Positions 7,253 through 11,174 of a stretch of DNA of 11,174 nucleotides are shown piece after piece. Source of the stretch: Abditibacteriaceae bacterium. GTDB lineage: Bacteria > Armatimonadota > Abditibacteriia > Abditibacteriales > Abditibacteriaceae. Below the pieces are notes generated by a model, which saw nothing but the letters and a program-made list of their open reading frames with translations, was not told the DNA's origin and did no database searches. A program made the position numbers and the translations under genes. The stretch is from the NCBI GenBank assembly GCA_031425655.1, contig JANPJS010000072.1, forward strand, positions 1 to 11,174, given 5' to 3'. Numbering within the stretch: the stretch's first letter is position 1; every line of letters starts with the position of its first letter.

Positions 7253-8122
7253 TCATTCAAACATCGCGCGGGCGAATTCTGCGGGGTCGAAGTCGAGCAA
7301 ATCTTCGATTTTTTCGCCGACGCCGATGAGTTTGACGGGCACTCCGGTTTCCTTCGCCACGCTGAGAATAATGCCGCCTTTGGCCGTGCCGTCCCATTTG
7401 GTGAGAATCAGGCCGCTGAGAGGCGCGCTTTGCGTGAAAGCCTGCGCCTGCGTCAAGCCGTTTTGGCCCGTCGTCGCGTCTAAAACCAGCAGGCTTTCGT
7501 GGGGCGGCGCGCCGGTTTCGCGTTCGATAATGCGCGTAATTTTCGCCAACTCGTTCATCAGATTCGATTTGGTGTGCAAACGCCCGGCGGTGTCAATGAG
7601 AACAGTATCGCAGCCGCGACTTTTGGCGGCGTGCAGGCCATCGAAAACGACCGCCGCCGGGTCAGCGCCGGTTTGCTGCGCGATGACCGGCGCTCCGGCG
7701 CGCTTGCCCCATTCCTGCAATTGCTCGATAGCCGCCGCGCGAAAAGTGTCGGCAGCGATAATCAGTGGTTTGTGGCCTTGTTGCACCAGACGATGCGCCA
7801 ATTTGCCGACCGAAGTCGTTTTACCAACGCCGTTGACGCCGACGAAAAGCCACACCGTCAGGCCATTGGGATTGGTTTGGAGCGGCGTGGTCTCGTCGCC
7901 TAAGACAGCAGCGATTTCGCGCTGTAAAACCGCGATGGCGTCGGCATCTGTCGGCACTTCGCCGTGCCGCGCCGCCTCGCGCAAAGCGCCTATTAAATGC
8001 GAAGCCGTATCGAGCGAAACATCGCTCATGATGAGCTGTTCTTCGAGTTCATCCAATAACTCGGCGTCGAGCTTGCGTCCGGCAATAAGTGAAGTGACTT
8101 TCTTGAAAAAACCTTTGAGCAT
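7253..8122 (-). CDS. ftsY: SRP receptor FtsY (NG domain only, no long acidic A domain)
   Basis: Motifs GVNGVGKTT, AADTFRAAA, DTAGRLH, DATTGQNG, TKWDGTAKGG and GVGEKIEDL. Confidence 0.98.
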   Translation of the reverse strand: MLKGFFKKVTSLIAGRKLDAELLDELEEQLIMSDVSLDTASHLIGALREAARHGEVPTDADAIAVLQREIAAVLGDETTPLQTNPNGLTVWLFVGVNGVGKTTSVGKLAHRLVQQGHKPLIIAADTFRAAAIEQLQEWGKRAGAPVIAQQTGADPAAVVFDGLHAAKSRGCDTVLIDTAGRLHTKSNLMNELAKITRIIERETGAPPHESLLVLDATTGQNGLTQAQAFTQSAPLSGLILTKWDGTAKGGIILSVAKETGVPVKLIGVGEKIEDLLDFDPAEFARAMFE

Positions 8123-8128
8123 AACGTG

Positions 8129-8152
8129 AAAAAGCGGGGCTTTTGGCCCCGC
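8129..8152 (-). terminator. Terminator-like hairpin immediately upstream of the ftsY start
   Basis: The minus strand reads GCGGGGC-CAAAA-GCCCCGC-TTTTT, ending 6 nt before the ATG. Confidence 0.55.
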
Positions 8153-8172
8153 CGAACCTTGATAACATTCTA

Positions 8173-8282
8173 CCCGCCGCTAAAGCAGCGGGCTGAAACA
8201 CAAAGCCTCTGCGAGGCTGGAGAAATACTTCTCATCAGCCTCGCAGAGGCTTTGTGTTTCAGCCCGGCCATTCATGGCCGGG
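8173..8282. repeat. REPIN-like nested palindromic element
   Basis: Perfect 31-bp inverted repeat at 8189-8219 / 8236-8266, flanked by hairpins CCCGCCGC-TAAA-GCAGCGGG and CCCGGCCA-TTCA-TGGCCGGG. Confidence 0.85.
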
Positions 8283-8289
8283 CGAGGCT

Positions 8290-9048
8290 TCATGCAGCGA
8301 TGGCGATTGGCCTCGAAAGTCGCTCCAATTTCACGTCCTCGCCAAGATGCAGGCCGCATTCGCGCTTTTCCTGCCCGGCCCAGCGTCCGGAGCGCTCGTC
8401 TTCGCCCGACTTAACAGCGCGCGTGCAAGGCCAGCATCCGATGGAGGGAAAGCCTTGATCGTGCAGCGGATTGTAAGGAACATCGTTTTCACGAATGTAA
8501 TCCCATACTTGCTGTTGCGTCCAGTTGGCCAGAGGGCCGACTTTCACTAAAAAATCAAATTTCGGGTCGGGGCCGACTATCGCGGTCACGGCGCGTTCGG
8601 GCGTTTGCTCACGGCGAATGGCGGTAATCCAGGCATTGAAGCCCTCGACGGCATCGCGCAGCGGCACGACTTTACGCATATGGCAGCACAAATCCGGGTT
8701 CGTCTTGTAAATCGGCCCGCCCAAACGCGTTTCCATCTCTTTTGCAGTTTCGGGAGCCGATATCAAGCGGATGTTTAATCCGTATTTCTTTTGAATTCGC
8801 TCGCGCAAAGCCAAAGTTTGCGGAAACTGATAGCCGGTTTCGAGATTAAAAATGTCGGGCACGAGGCCGGTTTCATCTCGAATCTGCGCGATCATGTGGA
8901 GCAAGCAACAACCTTCGGCACCAAAGGCCGTGGCCATAGTCAGCTTATCGCGGTAGGTTTCTATCGCCCAGCGCAAAATCGTTTGCGGGGACGCCGATTC
9001 AAACCGCGCGCTGATTTCTTGTAAATTAATCAGTTGCTGTTCGCTCAT
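8290..9048 (-). CDS. cysH: APS/PAPS reductase (4Fe-4S, probably APS-type)
   Basis: Motifs TAFG, LETGYQFPQT, CC..RKV.PL, SIGCWPCT, ERSGRW and KRECGLH. AGGAG SD. Confidence 0.95.
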   Translation of the reverse strand: MSEQQLINLQEISARFESASPQTILRWAIETYRDKLTMATAFGAEGCCLLHMIAQIRDETGLVPDIFNLETGYQFPQTLALRERIQKKYGLNIRLISAPETAKEMETRLGGPIYKTNPDLCCHMRKVVPLRDAVEGFNAWITAIRREQTPERAVTAIVGPDPKFDFLVKVGPLANWTQQQVWDYIRENDVPYNPLHDQGFPSIGCWPCTRAVKSGEDERSGRWAGQEKRECGLHLGEDVKLERLSRPIAIAA

Positions 9049-9066
9049 TTCTTGCTCCTATTTTAA

Positions 9067-9095
9067 ATTCTACCTGCGTGGTAGGGAATTGCCAA
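9067..9095 (-). promoter_or_regulatory. Sigma70-type promoter for cysH
   Basis: Minus strand TTGGCA (9095-9090), 17-nt spacer, TAGAAT (9072-9067). Confidence 0.6.
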
Positions 9096-9168
9096 CAAAC
9101 GACGGCAAACCGAGTGCCGCGCTCCGTTTCGAGCCGAAGTGGCTTCACCAAAGGTAAAATTCAACCTC

Positions 9169-9858
9169 ATGCCACGCCTCCAACGCCCACCTCTGATTTT
9201 GCCGACGCGCCCGACTTTCGAGCATGAAATTGCGTTAATTGCGCGAGGTTTTGCGCGTATTGTCGGTGTGGACGAAGCCGGGCGCGGGCCTTTAGCCGGC
9301 CCGGTTGTCGCGGGCGCCGCTATTGTGCCTTTCGATTTCGCATCGCCCAATTTTGCGCGACTCAACGACTCGAAACAACTCGATGAGGCGACACGCGAAG
9401 TGCTTTTCGCGGAACTGGCAGCTGAAATCGAATTCGGCGTCGGCATCGTGGATGCGCAAAGCATTGACGAAATCAACATTCGTCAAGCGTCGTGGCGCGC
9501 CATGCAACTCGCCGTCGCCGATTTGATGTCGCGCGCGGCGCCAGTGGACTTCGTTTTGATTGACGGCCTGCCTTACGGCCCCGGCCCGTGGCCTTACGAG
9601 GCCTTAGTCAAGGGTGATGCGCGCAGCCTTTCGATTGCCGCCGCTTCAGTCATCGCCAAAGTCACGCGCGACCGTTTAATGATGGAATTCGACGCGCAAT
9701 TTCCGCTTTACGGTTTTGCGCGACACAAAGGCTATCCGTCGCCGCAACACCTCGCCGCACTGCGTGAACACGGCCCGTGCGCGATTCATCGCAAAACTTT
9801 CGGCCCGGTGCGCGAAGTAATTTTAAACACAAAGACACAAAGACACAAAGAAGATTGA
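9169..9858 (+). CDS. rnhB: Ribonuclease HII
   Basis: Motifs GVDEAGRGPLAGPVVA, LNDSKQL, LIDG, VKGD, SIAAASVIAKVTRD, HKGY and IHRKTF. ATG 9169 preferred over GTG 9139. Confidence 0.97.
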   Translation: MPRLQRPPLILPTRPTFEHEIALIARGFARIVGVDEAGRGPLAGPVVAGAAIVPFDFASPNFARLNDSKQLDEATREVLFAELAAEIEFGVGIVDAQSIDEINIRQASWRAMQLAVADLMSRAAPVDFVLIDGLPYGPGPWPYEALVKGDARSLSIAAASVIAKVTRDRLMMEFDAQFPLYGFARHKGYPSPQHLAALREHGPCAIHRKTFGPVREVILNTKTQRHKED

Positions 9859-9941
9859 AGGATGTAGATGCGACGATTACTTTTCCTACTCTTTTCGTGT
9901 TTTCTTTGTGTCTTTGTGTCTTTGTGTCTTTGTGTTTAAAA
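9821..9941. repeat. Inverted array of 8-nt tandem repeats: TTTTAA(ACACAAAG)x3 ... (CTTTGTGT)x4 TTAAAA
   Basis: Perfect units at 9827-9850 and 9904-9935 with matching outer hexamers. It lies between convergent genes, and the left arm is inside the rnhB 3' end. Confidence 0.92.
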
Positions 9942-9942
9942 A

Positions 9943-11058
9943 TCAGCTTTGACGTAATGAGGAAAAGGCCAATACCGGCACGAGAAACAGGAACGAAAGC
10001 GCAACAATGACCGCCGAGGCCGGCAAATCGAGAAAAAGAGATAAATGCAGGCCGAAAACTACCGGTAGCACGCCGGAAAGCAAGGCAATCGGCCACACCC
10101 AGCGAATGCGCTGTGCCAAAAGCAGCGCGGTGACGCCGGGAATGATCAGCATCGTGGTCGCCATCAAAACGCCGGTTGCGCGGATCGAAAACGAAATCAC
10201 CACGCCGATAGTGAGATAAAGCAGAAAGTCCCAGCGCACGGCGTTGTAACCCATCGTTGAAGCGGCATCGCGGTCGAAGGAAACCAGCAAGAATTCTTTG
10301 CCGAACAAGATGTGAACTAAGGCCACGACACCGAAGATACCGAGCATCTCCAGCGTTTCAGAGCGCGCAACGGTCAGCACATCGCCTTGCAGCAGTTTCA
10401 ACATATGCGTTTCGCCCTGCGCGCTGTTGGCGATGCATAAAATCGCCAGCGCGCCCGCGATTGAATACACGATGCCGATCACGCTTTCGGTCGGCACGCG
10501 GCGCGGCGACCAGCGCACGGCAAACATCGTGACGCCGAAAAGCATCAGCGCCAGCGCGCCGAAAACCGGCGAAATTTGCAGCGCCGAAGCCTGAGTTTCA
10601 GCGGCTCGCACCACGAGAATGCCATTGATGAGCAAAACAATGGCGATGCCCGCCGAAGACAATTCGGCTAAAGCCACGCCGACGAAAACGATGCGCTTCA
10701 GCACGACGAAAACGCCCAAATACGAACACATCAGCGCCACCAGCAAACCGGCCCATAACGCCCGGCGCATGAAATCAATCTGAAAGGTGTGCCACAAGTC
10801 GAACCAGCCGACAGTATGGCCATCCGGTGCGGGAAACTCAGGCTTGGTGTGCGCGGCGTCAAAATGCTCGTCGCTGGGATGAACGTGGTCGCCCACGCCG
10901 CCGTGATCTTCGTGGAAATCCGGTGGTTTGGTGGTTTGGTGGTGAGGCGGTTGAGCCGTTGGCACTACGTCGGCAATCGGCAAATCTTCGATGCCTTTTT
11001 GCGCGACGGCGGGCAAAACAATGAGTAGTAGAAGAAAAAGTAGCGCGCAGCGTCTCAC
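9943..11058 (-). CDS. Metal (Zn/Mn/Fe) ABC transporter permease, ABC-3 (ZnuB/MntB) family, with signal-peptide-like and His-rich N-terminus
   Basis: Motifs FMRRALWAG, LGVFVVLKR, LLQGDVL, KEFLLVSFD, IRATGVLM and IIPGVTA. The start is uncertain: GTG 11058 was chosen because it begins a signal-like peptide, but the frame is open to the window edge. Confidence 0.85.
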   Translation of the reverse strand: MRRCALLFLLLLIVLPAVAQKGIEDLPIADVVPTAQPPHHQTTKPPDFHEDHGGVGDHVHPSDEHFDAAHTKPEFPAPDGHTVGWFDLWHTFQIDFMRRALWAGLLVALMCSYLGVFVVLKRIVFVGVALAELSSAGIAIVLLINGILVVRAAETQASALQISPVFGALALMLFGVTMFAVRWSPRRVPTESVIGIVYSIAGALAILCIANSAQGETHMLKLLQGDVLTVARSETLEMLGIFGVVALVHILFGKEFLLVSFDRDAASTMGYNAVRWDFLLYLTIGVVISFSIRATGVLMATTMLIIPGVTALLLAQRIRWVWPIALLSGVLPVVFGLHLSLFLDLPASAVIVALSFLFLVPVLAFSSLRQS

Positions 11059-11114
11059 CCCATCCCCGGCCCTTCCCTCCCGCCCAGAGGGCACCCGACG
11101 ACAGGGGAAGGGAG
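11054..11114. repeat. GC-rich palindromic repeat (CCCATCCCCGGCCCTTCCC ... GGGAAGGGAG) with an internal CGCCCAGAGGGCACCC hairpin
   Basis: CCCTTCCC pairs with GGGAAGGG, and GCCC-AGA-GGGC forms an inner hairpin. The family resemblance is from recollection only. Confidence 0.5.
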
Positions 11115-11174
11115 TTCCGCCGCTTTTGTTCTGAGAAAAGTCATGGTTTTTTCTAAGTAGAACGGTTTTCACTC

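Noticed and set aside
7326..8129. 267-aa plus-strand ORF
   Set aside because: Fully antisense to ftsY, with a Ser/Ala/Arg-rich shadow composition.
8126..8289. SRP RNA (ffs) in the structured region near ftsY
   Set aside because: No SRP helix-8 signature (GNRA tetraloop with the conserved internal loops) was found. The perfect symmetry fits a DNA repeat better.
2382..9941. Short repeats as CRISPR arrays
   Set aside because: The units are 7-8 nt, contiguous and without unique spacers, and there are no cas genes.
9662..10096. ORFs 9662-10096 (-) and 9777-10010 (+) sharing FKHKDTKTQR
   Set aside because: The shared peptide arises from the inverted octamer array, and both ORFs overlap real genes.

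Overview
Bacterial, GC-rich, mostly housekeeping window with a Terrabacteria-type gene order; an Armatimonadota-like origin is a guess. The minus strand carries cysH, ftsY, an insert, ffh, rpsP, khpA, rimM, a membrane protein, a half-size TauE, trmD, rplS and lepB. rnhB lies on the plus strand, divergent from cysH and convergent with an ABC-3 metal permease that has a His-rich N-terminal extension. The main oddity is a tandem pair of two-gene cassettes between the SRP genes ftsY and ffh. Each cassette is a ~90-aa uncharacterised protein translationally coupled to a ~120-aa retropepsin-like (DTG) aspartic protease, preceded by a conserved upstream TAAAAT...TGTGAGGTG motif, and it looks like a toxin-antitoxin-type or protease/partner module. 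Several intergenic gaps hold structured repeats: three different inverted arrays of 7-8-nt tandem repeats, a REPIN-like nested palindrome, a hairpin cluster and a GC-rich palindrome. All identities and counts quoted were made by hand.
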